Below, one piece after another: positions 12,339-25,939 of a stretch of 64,000 nucleotides of DNA; within the stretch, counting starts at the first letter, position 1; each line of letters begins with the position of its first letter. The notes beneath the pieces were generated by a model that did not search any database, had not been told where the DNA came from, and saw only the letters and a list, made by a program, of their open reading frames with translations. The position numbers were made by a program, and so were the translations under genes. Source of the DNA: Klebsormidium nitens (lineage: Eukaryota; Plantae; Klebsormidiophyceae); assembly GCA_000708835.1 (NCBI GenBank), contig DF237046.1, forward strand, positions 143,611-207,610, written 5' to 3'.

Positions 12339-15181
12339 ATGACTTCCCAGGACGTCATGTCCCCATGTTCTACTAGCGGTCGTTCTGAGGGCCAGCTAAG
12401 CTCCCAAGCGGGACGCTGTCCCGTGTTTGAAGGGCTATACAACGCGAGCAAGCCAGGGCAGGAGCTAGTCAGGCTATGGCACGGAAGTGAACAGGACTTT
12501 GGCGCGGCATTTGAGCTTGGGGAGCTCGTGGGCGAAGGAGGTGAGGGCCTCTCGTTGTATTTGCACCCACAGACTTGGAGTGTTGTTCAGGAAAGTGAAA
12601 GAGAGTCTTCACAAGGCCCTCACTGGATGCAGGCTCTTCCACACCACAATCATGTCACCGACTAATGCCATGACGTGCTTTTGTCGATTTGTGCCTTTGA
12701 CCATGTTTTTACGTGGTGAAAGGCAAGGAAAGCAGGCGGTACGAACAATGTTCTCAGCAAGCAACGTATGCGCCAATCTGAATCAACTCAGGAGTGGTGC
12801 AAGCAAAAAATTACTTCCCAGATGTGATAGTTGAATCGTGCAGGGTTTGCGGTTGTGCGGCGAGGCCGCTGTCCAGAATCCGGGGAGGACGTTGCGGTCA
12901 AAATTGTAGACAGGCAGCGCTATGGGAAACAGCATACGCAGAACCTGGATAGAGAAATCGCTATTCTGCAGCAGGTGGGTTGCTCCCTTGTTTTCACCAA
13001 CTGCTGACATAATGCTGCCTTGCAACCGGTAGCGCGAGCTGCCCTCTAGCCCTCTTCGTCTTAACAGGTGGGAGATAGTAATGGGCTGGTTAAAAATGGT
13101 TGACTTTGTTTCCGTACCTGCAGCCTGTCCGGCTTTGAAGATAGATTGTCAAGTGGATCCCGTGAAACGTGTCCTTATACGATGGACGCAGATTTCTGTT
13201 TCTTTCGTGTGGTGTAGTTGGATCACCCGCACCTGGTGCGGCTGAAGCGCGTGTATTTGTCGCCCCCCCGCGTGTACATTGTGACGGAGTTGCTGACGGG
13301 GGGCGAGCTGCTGGACGCGTTGACGGTGTGCGGCAAGTACCCGGAGCCTGACGCGCGGCGCATGATGGAACAGCTGCTGCAGGCCGTCGACTACCTGCAC
13401 AGCCACGGCATTGCGCACAGGTCAGCACCCGGCGCGTGGGGCTGCTGTGCCGCATGCAAACATCGATGCGCCAAAGTTATGAAATCCCACACAAGAGAAG
13501 TCCGGAGAGATGCGTAGTTCTTGAGTCTTGCTGACCAATGAGCCTCAATTTTTTTGATACTCAGAAATATCCTTCTGCTCCCCAAAAGACCGCTTCTGGG
13601 CATTATAGGACGTAAGATCTACGAGCAGTCTCCGAAACTGCTTGCTGAGGTTTTTCAACGGCTTTTAAAGTGATCTGCAAAGGTGAAAGTGATCTGCAAA
13701 GGTGAAAGCTTTCCGTTGGTCTCACTTCGCCCGTGCCTTCCGTCACGCCTCAGGGACCTGAAGCTGGAGAACCTGCTGTTGGCGACGCACGCGCCCGCGG
13801 CCCCGCTCAAGATCGCGGACTTTGGGCTGTCCAAGTCGTTCCTGGAGGACCCGCTGCGCACCATTTGCGGCAGCCCGCAGTACGTGGCGCCCGAGGTGCT
13901 GTGCGTGGGCCTGCTGCGCGCGAGCTACGGCTGCGCCGCCGACCTGTGGAGCCTGGGCGTGGTGCTCTTCATCCTGCTCGCCGGCTTCTCGCCCTTCGAC
14001 GACGACAGCGAGGCGCTCATGTTCGAGCGCATCCGCGCGGGCCGCTACTCCGTCGAGGGACCGCTCTGGGAGGGCGTCTCGCAGCCAGGTCAGGGCGGGG
14101 CACGGAAAGGGGCCGCTTCAAAGAACAGAACTCTCAGGGCCTAGCTCGCCCTCGTTGCTCGATAGTAAAGCTTTAGTGAGTCCTCCTCGGCTTGTCGTTA
14201 GAGCAAGCGGCCTCCTCGCGATACGTTTCTCTCAAGAGTTTGCCACGCGAAGTGCCGTTCGGAGACACCGCGTCCGTGGTGCTCCCAAGTTTGTTACTTG
14301 CAGCAGTAGGTACAGAATGTACGCCGCCTTGCGCTTCACCTCTCTGGCTTCCTCTCCTTGCAGCTCGCGACCTGGTCCGTCAGTTGCTGTGCGTGGACCC
14401 GAAACGGCGGCTGACTGCGGCGCAGGCGTTGCAGCACCCCTGGATCTGCGAGCAGCACGTGCCCAGCAGCAGCCCCGAGGGGGCGTCCCCTGAGGCGGCC
14501 ACGCGGCCCAAGATGTCGCCCAGGAGGCCCACCATCAAGGGCCTCGACAAGGTGGGGCTGTCATTTGGAGCCACTCGTGGCGGCGCAAGCTCACGAAGGG
14601 CGGGCTCCGGAAAGGAACCGGGACTCTTTTGCACACTCTGGACAACGGTTTGATACATTTGATTGACGCAGATGACGCAAGCTGGCGTCCTGAAACGTGG
14701 AATTCGATCCATATTATCCATTCGCCAATCATTATTTTCCTTCCCCTCAGTTTTTGGCACCCGGAATTTTCATGTCGACCACAAGTCTGGATGATAACTT
14801 CAGTAATCAGAAACAGAATTTTGACAAGCGTGGCTGTCCTTTTTCGTGCAGCTGGTCCTCCAGAGCCGCAGCCCCAACCAGTCCGCCCCCGACAGCCCCC
14901 GCGGCAGTCCCCGCCACGAGCCGCCCGTCAGCCCCGGGCCCGGTAGCCCCGCCAAGGGGAAACCCGGCTCCTCGAGCCCACGCTGCAAGGGGGATCCCCG
15001 GGATGACAAGGCCGGGGGAGTCACCGGCCGGCTGCCGGCTTCTCCCCGGTCTCCCGCTCCCAGCAGTCCGCTGAGCAGGCGATGGGACTCGTCAGATGGG
15101 GCGCATCAAGCCATCAGGGAGGTCAAGAGAGTGGGCACCCCGAAGGCGTTGCTCGCGCAAATTGGCAAACTGCTGCGGTAA
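12339..15181 (+). CDS. CaMK-group Ser/Thr protein kinase with Ser/Pro-rich C-terminal tail (6 exons; start codon uncertain)
   Basis: GELVGEG|GFAVVR, VAVKIVD, HR|DLKLENLLL, IADFGLSK, CGSPQYVAPE, DLWSLGVVLF, DPKRRLTAAQALQHPW. No EF-hands seen. Confidence 0.9.
13670..13707. repeat. 19-bp perfect tandem duplication in a kinase intron
   Basis: gtgatctgcaaaggtgaaa x2. Confidence 0.9.
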
Positions 15182-16492
15182 AGGCCGCTAGATCTCACGA
15201 TGGACTGATTGGGTGGGAGAATGGCGAATATGCAAGCGTGTTGCGAGATGATCGAGAGGCCGCTTCTTCCGAGCGCGGCTTTTATAACGGATGAAAGAGG
15301 GTAACAGGTACACAAGTTGTGCTGCCGGCCGCATCTTACTCTCAGTTTGAAACGTTTCAGCGTTGAACGTCGATCGATGTAAGTAGCGCGCGCAGAGGAT
15401 GAGTTGAGTTATAGAGTCGGTTCCACCGACTTAACCCGAGGCTTCTTTTAAAGTCTTACTTATGCAATATATCTGGCCAAGGTCGATCAACGTGCACGAA
15501 GAGATCGCGGCTGCCTGCATCGAGTTCTTCCTCGACGTGCCAAAAACTCTTAATTTAAGCAGAAATGTATCCTGCACCCAGTGATGAGGGCCTTCTATAC
15601 CAGAAGCCACTTCAATGTAAAAACTAATGCATTGAAGCTACAAGATGCATGACACTGTGTTGGAGTGACGTGAATTCGCCAGTGATATGCTTGAACGTCA
15701 TGAAAGGGGGACGATATAGGCCTAGATCAGTCATATGAAGGGTGCAGCAAACTTAAAGCCTTTCCAGTTGCGCAGACGTACAAAGTTGCATGCGCTCCGT
15801 ACATCAACACCGGGCTTTTAGGTAAATGCTGATCATATCACAGCGCATGAGTGATTTAGGCCTGTAAGCTCGCGCGCCAAATCGACCGAAAAGACTTCAT
15901 TGAAGTCGGCATCTCTTATCGCACGATCTCTGCTCATGTACGGTAGACCATGCGGCAGAGCTAAGGTCAGATTGATGGGCCGCACCGATCGCCTTGTTCA
16001 GAGAGAGTTTATCGCGAGTTGCCAAAACATATTGAGGATCAGGACCACCAAACGCACATTTTGCGCCTACTTTGAATCATTGAAGTGTGCTGCAATGATC
16101 ATTTACACAATAGCTGGACCGTCGCAGATTGATTGTGTGAGCGTTCGCATATGTACCAGCGCGCCAGGCTTGGACCACTTGTGCTAATTTCTCAGATCAT
16201 GCATGTGCAGTTCCGCGCATGTTAAGCTGATGTCCATGTTCATCCGACCACACGAGCTTTTCTTGGCACCCACTGACTGCCTCCTTTGGCGATACTAGAC
16301 CATATTGAATGATGCAACAGATCGATCTCGCTGACTAATGCTTGCTCAGGCAATCTCGCCGCAACAACGACCGCCTCCTCTTTCGAGGAGCAAAAATCTA
16401 AAAGCACGATCCGGCATTGGCGTGCAAGCAGCTACCTGCGATTAATGCACGTACCTGTCACCAAGTTTTCTGCAAATGGCAACGAATCAAGG

Positions 16493-19400
16493 TTACCGAT
16501 TGTGTTTCTGGTTGTGACTATTATTCTGCTGTACGCTTAGACTTCTAAGCAAGTCGATGAACACAGCACCCCCGTCGTCCGCATTCCCGGCTGCTTCTTC
16601 GTCTCTGTAGTCCTCCGCAGCCTGAAATGCAAATACACCGCAGATAAGTGCGGACGTCAGAGTAGCTGGCAGTGCTAGCAACGGAAGGAGAAACTGGTAC
16701 CCGTTCCAGCGCACTTACTGAGGTCTATGCGCAGCTTTGGAGCAGAAAACTTCCCGAATAAGAAATGCTTCAACAACCTGGTCTCGCATCTCTTCGAACT
16801 GAGCCCGAAAGGCAGCGGGCCCTGCCACCTGGCCAAAAGGCCTCATCTTTCCATAAAACATCCTCAACAGGGGTTAAGTTCAGGGGTAACCGTCTCTACT
16901 CAAGCACACTATGTGCTGGCGGCGATAGCAGCCGTGTGCCTCTCCCCCTCGCTCACCTGCTTGGACAGTTTATTGGTGGCGATGACGGAGGCGAGGTCGT
17001 CGAAGGCGATGGCCCGCGGCCGGCTGCTGCTGCCCGCCTCCTCCGCGACCGCGTCAAACTCCTTGAGGTAGTCCCGCAGCGGCAGGTACGCCGCCTGCTT
17101 CGCAATCTCCGTCAGGTCGCTCCCGCTGCATGCGCACACAGCGCTGGTCAGGGCCGCGCTCACCGCATCACCGGCCTATGTTTAGACGACCTCAAAGCGC
17201 CGGCAAGCGATCTTTTGCAGCAGTTTCGTGCGAAAGGCAGTCCAAAACACAGTCCGGAAGTAAGCAAAAAAGACATCGGAGATCGCATGCAACGGCTTTG
17301 AAGACGCAGAGCAGCCCCTTTGCGCGGCTGACCTGTACCCCTCGGTCATGTCTGCGAGCGCGTGCGTGTCGATGCCGTCCTCGACGTTCTCCCCCTCAAG
17401 CAGAACCTCCAGGATCGCCGCGCGCTGCGAGCGGTCCGGCATGCCCACCTCGAACGTGCGCGGCAGTCGCCGCAGGATCGCTGGGTCCAGGTCGTACGGC
17501 CTGCAGAGAAGGCGGGGGGAAACATGCCGGCCTTATGATTGGGATTAAGGCTACAATCATCCGGCAGCCACTATCAGATCGTCCCAGAAAAGTGGAACTT
17601 TAAAGCGAACAGGCTAAGAAAAGTAGCATCGGGTCTGATTTATATGTCACTGCTCATTCCCATATTTTGAGGGGCCCCGACCTTTCCATAACTGACTGCT
17701 CGTATTTGACCTCCTTATTGTAAGTTCTGCCGCCGATGAGTGAGCCTGGGGATGAGGCGGGAAGAACACGAACTCAATACCAGATGCCGTCGTAGTGGCT
17801 GATAAGAACGGAACCATTCCAACAGTCGAGGCTACAGATTTCAATCCTAACATGAAATCAATTCTCAACAGACGTCCATGCAGAAACGCGAGCTCACCTG
17901 TTTGTGGCAGCAAGCACGATCACTTGGGCGTTTGCATCGGCTGCAGAGATAAGGACCCCCAGCTTAGAAGGCGGAGTTGCATGCACAGTGTTCCCTGCAT
18001 CCTATTTCCTGGCGCAGCTGCTGGCAGCCAGCTGGGACGACGGTGCCGGCGACAGGCGCAGAAGCAAGGCCAGCGCAGGCAGCACAACTTACTAACATAC
18101 CGTTAGTTACATGGACGGCAAGTGATTGTTGGCCAACGTGCTGCGGGTAACTGTGGAGCAAGGTGCGAGGCGGCTCACTGTTGAAGCCGTCCCAGAGCGC
18201 CATGAACTCGGTCTTCATGAGGTTGGTGGCCTCGTGCTCGGAGGACACGCCGCGCTTGCCCAGGAAGCTGTCGATCTCGTCCATGAAGATGATGGCCGGC
18301 TGCAGCTTGTACGCCAAACTGAACACCGCGGCCACTGCACAGCCACACGCCCCAGTCAAGCCACTGCCCAGGCCATCGAAGGGTCATTGGAGCCGTCCAG
18401 AGACAAACTCAGTCATGTCCTCCGTGTCCAATCCTGCTTGGACAGACATGTTGATGGTGAAACCAACAAGACTTTAATACCGAGCTGTCAAGCATTGGGC
18501 CGTTCAAAGGCACAAAAAACTCCTCAGGAGAGGCTCTTCGAAGGGCTCTTTTTGAGCCCCAAGTCTGCCGCAGTTCCGGAAGAAACACGAAATCTCATGC
18601 CAAAAATCAAAACGATGCTTACCCAGCTTCTGCGCATCCCCAAACCACTTGCTGGCCAGGTTGGAGAAGCGCACGTTGATGAAGCACGCCTCTGACTCCT
18701 TGGCGATGGCCTTGGCCAGCATGGTCTTGCCCGTGCCGGGGGGACCGTACAGGAGCACGCCCTTCAGTGGCCGCAGCAGCTTGCCGCTCATGAACAGGTC
18801 GGGGCGCTGCAGAACAGGGAGTGTCAGCGGACCAGGCTTTCTACAACAAAAAGGAATATACACAAACAGGGCTCGTTGAGGTATTGTATGGTGAATTGGT
18901 GCAAGTCAGCCAGCTTTTGAACATCGTAACAAGATGTCGGCCTTGGACACTCATGAGCTTTGTCCCTGCCTGTCACCCCGGGGCCGGCCTACCTTGAGCG
19001 GCAGCACCACGAGCTCCTTGAGTGCGGACTTGACATCGTCTAGGCCCCCAACACATGAGAAGTCTACGTTGATGTCGTTGGAATCGACCACGTCGCACGC
19101 GATCACATCCTGGCAGGATACAAGTAAAAACCTCGTCAGAAGTGACATCAGGGAAGCGAAGTTTCAGTGGCAAGCAGAGGGGGCCTTTGGCAGACCGCTC
19201 AAAGAATAGGCACCTCACCACAGAATTGGTACGGAAGTGGCGAATGCCCACTTAGTGATCTCAATATCCCCGTGTCAATCAGGACATCAATCATCAAAGC
19301 CACTTGAAGCAAGCAGACCCTGTCAAGGATGCGCTGGGCTTGCCACGTAGAGCCTCCAAGGCCATACACACCTCTTTCCAGCATATGCAACTTTGTGGAA

Positions 19401-19751
19401 AAACCACAGTGCCTCCTTGACAGATCTTTCACCGCACTTCTACGACGACAGGAAACATTAGGTCAGCTCAAGGAGTGAACTTCCTCAAGCCTTCGATGGT
19501 TGACTTTTCAAAGGATTTCTGAGCTCAGTGCAGCGGCTGCATCTGCGGCCCAGAAACCTTCCCTTCTAGCCTTGCTCAATTACCTCGTAAGCGTTGAGCT
19601 TGATCGGCCTTCCGAGTCTCCTGCCTAGCTCTTTCTTCTTCTTCTTCGCGTCGGAGGCTATGATGCGGGATGGATCCAGCTGGCGCAGCCCAAACATTAC
19701 ACAGGACACACATAACAAGCCGACAACCGACGCTATCAGAGTATCCTGCAC
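16493..19751 (-). CDS. MSP1: MSP1/ATAD1-type membrane-anchored AAA+ ATPase (first coding exon not located)
   Basis: N-terminal TM segment then [33 protein letters not shown], Walker [19 protein letters not shown], Walker [34 protein letters not shown]. Confidence 0.92.
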
Positions 19752-20587
19752 ATGACAAGACGCTCTTCAATATTTTGCGGTGGTGGACCCTGGAGGGGAC
19801 AATGCTGTGGAAAAACACAAAAGAGGACAACACTGATGCTAGCAAAGCCCTAGATCTGTACAGCATAGCCTCAGCGGAGAAGATGGGACAGGATACATCA
19901 TTGCCGGCAGCACCGGGGGCTTGTCAATGATTGGAGGCGCACCGTTGCCTGCTGAGCAAAGGTCTTCCCCATCGCGGACAGGTGCCCTCAATTGACTCCC
20001 CTTTCAAACTCTACTCCTCAGTTTTCTGGTTCCGTAGGGGGGTGCAAAAACTTGAGAAAGAAGCTAGCTCAACCAAACATACTCCTTCTTGTTCTCAGAA
20101 CAACATGACGAGTACTGCGCTTTCCACCGAAAGGAAATCTGTCCCTTTCACTGTTCAACTTCAGAGAGCTCGAACTATGCAGATGGAGCTGGGAAGGTGA
20201 AAGCGCCAATCCTCCACCTGCAACTTGAAGTTGTAACATGTCGTCTGCAAATTCAAGAGTGACGAACTGGCCAGCTGGGTGACGAACTGAAGGCCCAACC
20301 TGCAAGTTTTGTAGTCTGTATCGCGACCGTCCAAAGTCGGCTTGCAAGTAGAATCGACTGCCTAAAATGTCCGCCTGCTATAGGGGGCTTGACCGTCTGC
20401 CAGCTGGCAGCCACATGGCACAGACGGCCAGTTCACAAAGCTTCTGCCCAGCTCCGCTCTGCAATTTCAAAACCTTGAGCGCAAGCAGATCAGCAGGGCT
20501 GAAACTTCAAGAAAGGGGGGCGGGTGTCCAGCATTCCTTTCATGAACTCTGAACAGAGGGAGCCGGCCCCGCTTGTGCGCGACCAGC

Positions 20588-22847
20588 ATGTCTACCTTCA
20601 CGTATAAGCCCCGCCAGCAGGACCCGGGCGTGGCCACTGAGAAGTCGACGAGCTACAGCCAGGGGTATGCGGACCGTGCAGCCGGGGCGCCCCCTGCTGC
20701 AGCCAATGCCAGGCATGGAGCTGGCACGTTTCCACCATCGCAGGGATATGCCCCAAGTGACCGCGCCGGGGGATATTCGCAGTACCAGCGGCCACGCACA
20801 GTTGGGGATGTCATGGTGGACGCAATCGGCGGGCTCTTCAATGGCCTCTGGGGAGCATCTCACACAGTAGCCAGGTAGGGCAGGCTGGTCCGAGATTGCT
20901 GGGCCTATGAGAGATGCATGCAAACGACCGCAAGCATGATTAACGTCTGTGGGCGGTGGAGTACTGCGGAACATCTCTGGCAGCATTACAACCCATCTTG
21001 TATCAATGCACCCAATTGACGCAGGTGTGGTGGTGCTCCGGTCCCCTTTTCATGCCAGCTATTGGTTGCAGGGTCGACTTGAAGCGGCCATTCCGGTACA
21101 GCGGTCCCGTCATACATGGAGCAAGGCCCGAAGATGATGAGTTTACATACCGCGGCAGGAAAGCGCGCCGTAGCCGGGCTGTAGCGACGCCACCAGGAGC
21201 AATGTATGTCAGGTGGGGCAAAGAGGAACGAGCAGCCTTGTGAACACCACCTTACATATGACAAACAAGGACAAAGGCAACAATTTGAAGGGGCATCATG
21301 CCCCGGATTAAAGAAGGGCCACTGGATTCCTTCCATATGAAGATGCCTTGGTGTTGTTGCTATCCATCATTAGTCATTTTCTAACCACTTCATCATGCCA
21401 AGTGTCAGAAGGTTTAGCCTGAAATGTTTTGCCGTTGGTTCGATTTTGCTGTTTGATGCTAGTACCGAATGTCAAACAGATATTCACTTCTTGGAGGCAG
21501 ACAGCAATTGAGCTTGTGTCGTTTGATTGGTCTAACCAAACATCTCCGTTCGCTCACTGCAGAATGGTTAGTGGTATAGGGGCTGACCTTGTTTGTATCT
21601 TCTTGTTCTCCTTGTTTTAGCGGGCCCTACAGCGACGTATCTCCAAGCGCTCCTCCGGCGGAGCTGGTGGACGAATCTGGGCGGATGGTGTCCTGGCGGG
21701 GCAGCCTGCGGGGGCCAGGTGGAGCGCGCCTCAAGCTCATGCAGGTGAACCAGGGGCCCTCCCCGTGCAGCCTTGCTCTGCACAATCCTAGAAGACCACA
21801 CTGCTTGTAGGTCGACTGCCCCACTTCCGGATCGTTCACCTTTTGTATTACTCATGTCAGAGGATGCTTCGCGAGAGAGCCACCCCCTTAGAGAAATAAA
21901 GTGGGAAGCTGTGGAGCTTTTGACTCCCCTCACCTTCAAGATGTCCTCTTCTTTTCATTAGTTCCTTTGGTTCATTGAGCGAGGGCCCTTCCACATGGGG
22001 CCTCTGGGTCCCGGTGGCGAAAACTCATCTCTTTTCGATATGTAGGTCTTATAGCTGTTTTGGGCTGCTATCGTCCCCCTCCATTGAGTCTGCCGTCAAA
22101 ACAGCACCAAACAATAAAATCTGCCCTGCTTCAGATCTGGGACGTCGCCTCCCCCGAGGGCGACAGGCCCTCGTTCAACTTTGGTGCGGGCGTCAACTTC
22201 GACATGGACAGCAACCGGCTGACGCCCAAGTGCCGGTTCAAGTCGGACCAGGTGGGCCTGCTGCTGCTGCCGGAGCCCGCCCTGGAGCTCAAGGGCAAGT
22301 GGCGCGTCTTTGACAGCCCACTCGCGGTGGACGTCAAGTACCAGTGCCCCGTCACCAACTTCACGCGCTTCTGGGAGAGCCCCGCTAAAGTGCGCGTGCG
22401 CTTCTTCAATGCCAACCATGCCGGCCTGCACATCACCCCCGTCGGTGAGGGACGTGCTCTGAGTGCCCTCTAAGCGTAGGCTGTTGAGGGCATTAGGGGG
22501 TTGGGGTCTGCAAAATCACTTAGAGACGTTCAATGTTTATTCGAATCCGGCAAAGTCTACTCCCATGTTCGAGGTCGTCCTGTGGTCGGGTGCATAGGAA
22601 CTTCACAAAAGCTTTGTAGGCACCTCTTCCAAGGTTCACGAGCTATCCCGACAAGGCATGTCGCTGAGTCCTTCTTCCCCCTTCTCCAGGTGTCGAATTC
22701 GAAGATCGTGACCTCAAGCTCGGGAAGTATGCCAGCCTGCGTGTTGCGGCGGCAGTTGATTTCCCTCGGCAGCTGCCACTCGAAGAAGGGGATCAAGCGC
22801 TCAATGTCCGAGTGAGCAGGCTGGGGCTAAAGGCCAGGATAAATTGA
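20588..22847 (+). CDS. Hypothetical protein: disordered N-terminus, C-terminal domain of amphipathic beta-strands (5 exons)
   Basis: Frame-consistent GT-AG exons ending IWDVASP..FNFGAGVNFD..LELKGKWRVF..AKVRVRFF..|VEFEDRDLKLGKYASLRVAAAVDFPRQLPLEEGDQALNVRVSRLGLKARIN*. High GC3 in exon 22135-22445. Confidence 0.75.
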
Positions 22848-23345
22848 CACCCATGTTATGGTGAAACACCGGCCCACCACCATTATGACGTCTCAACTGC
22901 TTTTGACCTGGACAATCACCAAGAAGGACACTTGCTGCACCGAAGTGCCAACTTTCGCTCAAGGGTGTTCTGCTCGCATCCTTGACGATGCGCATGACTT
23001 AGCATGCCCCAGAATACGAAGCTTTTTTAAGACGTCATGAATCTTAAGATATCGTGAGAACAAGTACGTTTGCTGCATGAAATCAACATGGGGGCCGCAG
23101 TTACGTAAGGTCTATTTTGCTCATAGTCGGACCTTGAAACGGCATTTGCATTATACCCATGCCAGGCAATACAATGGCCGTGTAGACACATGAATCTGAG
23201 CGAGATGTCAGATATGGATGAACAAGAAGCTATGTTTATTGTTGTCCGGCCTCATCAAATTTTGCAGCCGAGCATGCAGAACCGATCAAGCAGCGTTCCA
23301 CCAAGAAGTTGACCACTCCTCTTGCTTGTGTGCCTTCATCATCAG

Positions 23346-25384
23346 CTAGCTTTTCGTGTCATCTTCGAGTTCAGTGACTGACGGGAATGCATTCAATCGT
23401 CCAGTTTGCATGCAAAAATCAAGGGCGGCAGCAGCAAACGCTAGGAATATCACACTCTCCCCAGCATCTAACGCCGATTTTAACAACGTTTCCACAGCTG
23501 CTGGGCTAGAGCCAGCCAGCTGTGATGTCGTCGCAACCTGTGCAAGACCTGCACCCATAGAGCAACAGAAGCATTGACACGAAGTCGGGACCTTGCGAAG
23601 ACTCGAAAGTGGTTGCATCGATTGTGATCTCCCTGTCAAAATGACTTGACAGAAGAGGCTCAGGAAAACTGCAGCAATCATGGTACTGGCTGACTCTAGG
23701 CTCGTTCAACAGAACGTAGGCATGCGCGCTGAAGACGGCAACAATCAGGAAGCGGGTACAAATGCTCGACCCTTCTCAGTGTTTGAATCCTGGAGGCTGG
23801 TCGCTGCGACTAATAAGAAACTTGAAGGTCGTAGGACCTTACCGCGTGTGAGTCCAAAGGCCGCCACCACTCCTCCCTTGAGGTGCGTGTTCTGGGTGTC
23901 CCGCCGAATCATGTAGCGGTAGCACACGCCAAACAGCGCGCAAGTGGCAAGGATGGCTCCCTCGCTCACCACCAGGCTCACTAGACTCGACTCGGGGCCG
24001 CGCCCCGCCAGCACCACCGGCAGACTGGCCGCCAGCCCTGCAAGGCAGCACCAACAGAACAGCTCAGAACAACTCAATTTCCATAGCACAGTGTAAAAGG
24101 TGCCTAAATGTCTGGCCTGATCAGCACAGGACGGAGTGCCCCTAAGTATATGACAGGTAATAACGTAGCTTTTGCTAGTTGAGATCCTATTATTCAGTGG
24201 AACATCAGCGATACAGCCCTTCGCCCCGCCCCAGAGAACACCTTGTGAGTCACTTCCCCTCACCTGTAGCAACTGCGATGGCCGCTGCCTTCCCTGACTC
24301 AATGCGCTCCTTGTCTTCATCTACGCCAGGGGTGCTCCACTTGTTGGCCCCCTGTTTGGCCCGTGCCTGGAGCACCTCCTCGCGTCGTAGTGCCACCTCC
24401 GCCTCCGCCTCAGCCACAAGGCGCGCAGCAGCAGTTACCTGCGGCACCAACCAACCATCTTTTATTTAAGAAGATTCTCTTAGGCATTGCTTCTATCGCA
24501 CCACCCATTCCAAGCTGTCACAATTGCATTACAGCACCTTCCACCACAAACCCTTTCGCATGATTTGCAAGAGAGTAATTCAGGGATGAGAATCTTGTCA
24601 AGTGGGGCATATGCTGTATGTGCTTACCCCTTCATCAGCCTCTTCCAGCTCCGCTTCCTCGCTGGCACGCGCCAGCTCCGCTTTCATGTTGGCCACCTCA
24701 GTCAGCTTCTCCTCCAACAACTTGCGTGCTGCCTGCAAGGCAAGAGTCGGGTGTTATCAGCATTTGATTTACGGTAATTCCTAGAGGTGATGGACAGAAG
24801 GGGAAAAGTGACACAACAAGGTTTCAAGTCCGCTTACAAGGTGTGATGTAAAGCATATTTGTCCCTTGTGCACGTATGAAGAAACTCTTTCAGCTTCTTT
24901 AGACACTCTGCCATCAGCAAATGCACCACTGAACGGCAAAGTCCCAATGCACGCCCTTGCTTGGACTTCTTGGGATCTGTGCTGGCCAACTAGTGGTGGC
25001 ACAGTTGTTGCAGAATTGTAGCGGTACCTCCGCTCTGAGCACCCTGTCCTCTGCTGTTTGTAACTTCTCCATCAGGCGCGGTGCATCGCCCTCCTGCATG
25101 ACTCGCTCCAGCTCCACTTGAAACTCCGCATTGGCCCCCATGCCATCATCTGAGCCCCAGACGTTCCTGTCATCCTGGACTGCTGACGCTAAACTTAGCC
25201 TCTTCTTACCAGCGGTGTAAATCAAGGAAGAGGAAAGTCCTTGACGGGTGCTTTGGCTGTGCTGAGGCGGCATTGCGATCCGTCTGGTGAGCGCATTGCC
25301 AAAGGCATTGTCGCTTCGCTGAGAGCAGGTTCCAAGAGCGACACCAAACCCTTCACAGCCACAATATCCTACAATGGCCTCCAT
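23346..25384 (-). CDS. Conserved plastid membrane protein with N-terminal coiled coil (uncharacterised plant/cyanobacterial family)
   Basis: Transit-peptide-like N-terminus and coiled coil, then RIESGKAAAIAVAT|GLAASLP..CALFGVCYRYMIRRDTQNTHLKGGVVAAFGLTR|GLA..FAAAALDFCMQ. I recognise this motif set from a conserved green-lineage family. Confidence 0.72.
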
Positions 25385-25939
25385 TGTCTTGCCTTAGATT
25401 TGCGGGTTGAGCACCTCAACCTCAGGACAATTCCCTGCACGTCTAGGCGCGCTGGACCCTTGGTCACGGTGGCACTGGCATTGGCAATTGCCAACACCGA
25501 TGTCAGTCCAGCCTCGGAGGACTGCTTCCCACTTCTAACTTTTGAAGAATGTACCGGGTGAACCGTGAGGCCCGGGGTAGTCCTCCATTGGGCCTTGTTG
25601 GGAAGCGGGCTGACTCCCGTTGCTAGGAGAACTACGCCAAGGTGCTTGCGACAAAGAAGGCAGCAGTTCCCGGTTCAAGTGGTCGGTCGTCGCTGCTCTC
25701 TTTCTTACAACTGTACAAACTTGAATCGAAGTTCAAGAAGGCAGCTGAAGCCTGAACGCTACCTACCTTCCCAATTGCCAAAGGTTGGGGCGCTAGCTAG
25801 AAACTTCACGTGAGTCTCACCTCATTTTCTGTGTCCAGAGTGCTTTTTCCGCAGTGAATCCAGATATCTAGAAAGCTTCCTGTCCAGCTTCCTAGGACAA
25901 CGAGCGGCGTATATCGTTGCGGCTCTCTGAGGGATCACC

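Noticed and set aside
13560-13580. ATATCCTT U12-like donor sequence (also near 51137)
   Set aside because: Both lie inside ordinary GT-AG introns, not at exon boundaries, so there is no minor-spliceosome intron evidence.
15415-15431. AGTCGG-ttcca-CCGACT hairpin (and CTTCAATG..CATTGAAG near 15610) after the kinase stop
   Set aside because: Short stems are expected by chance; no Helitron CTRR end or snoRNA box pairing supports them.
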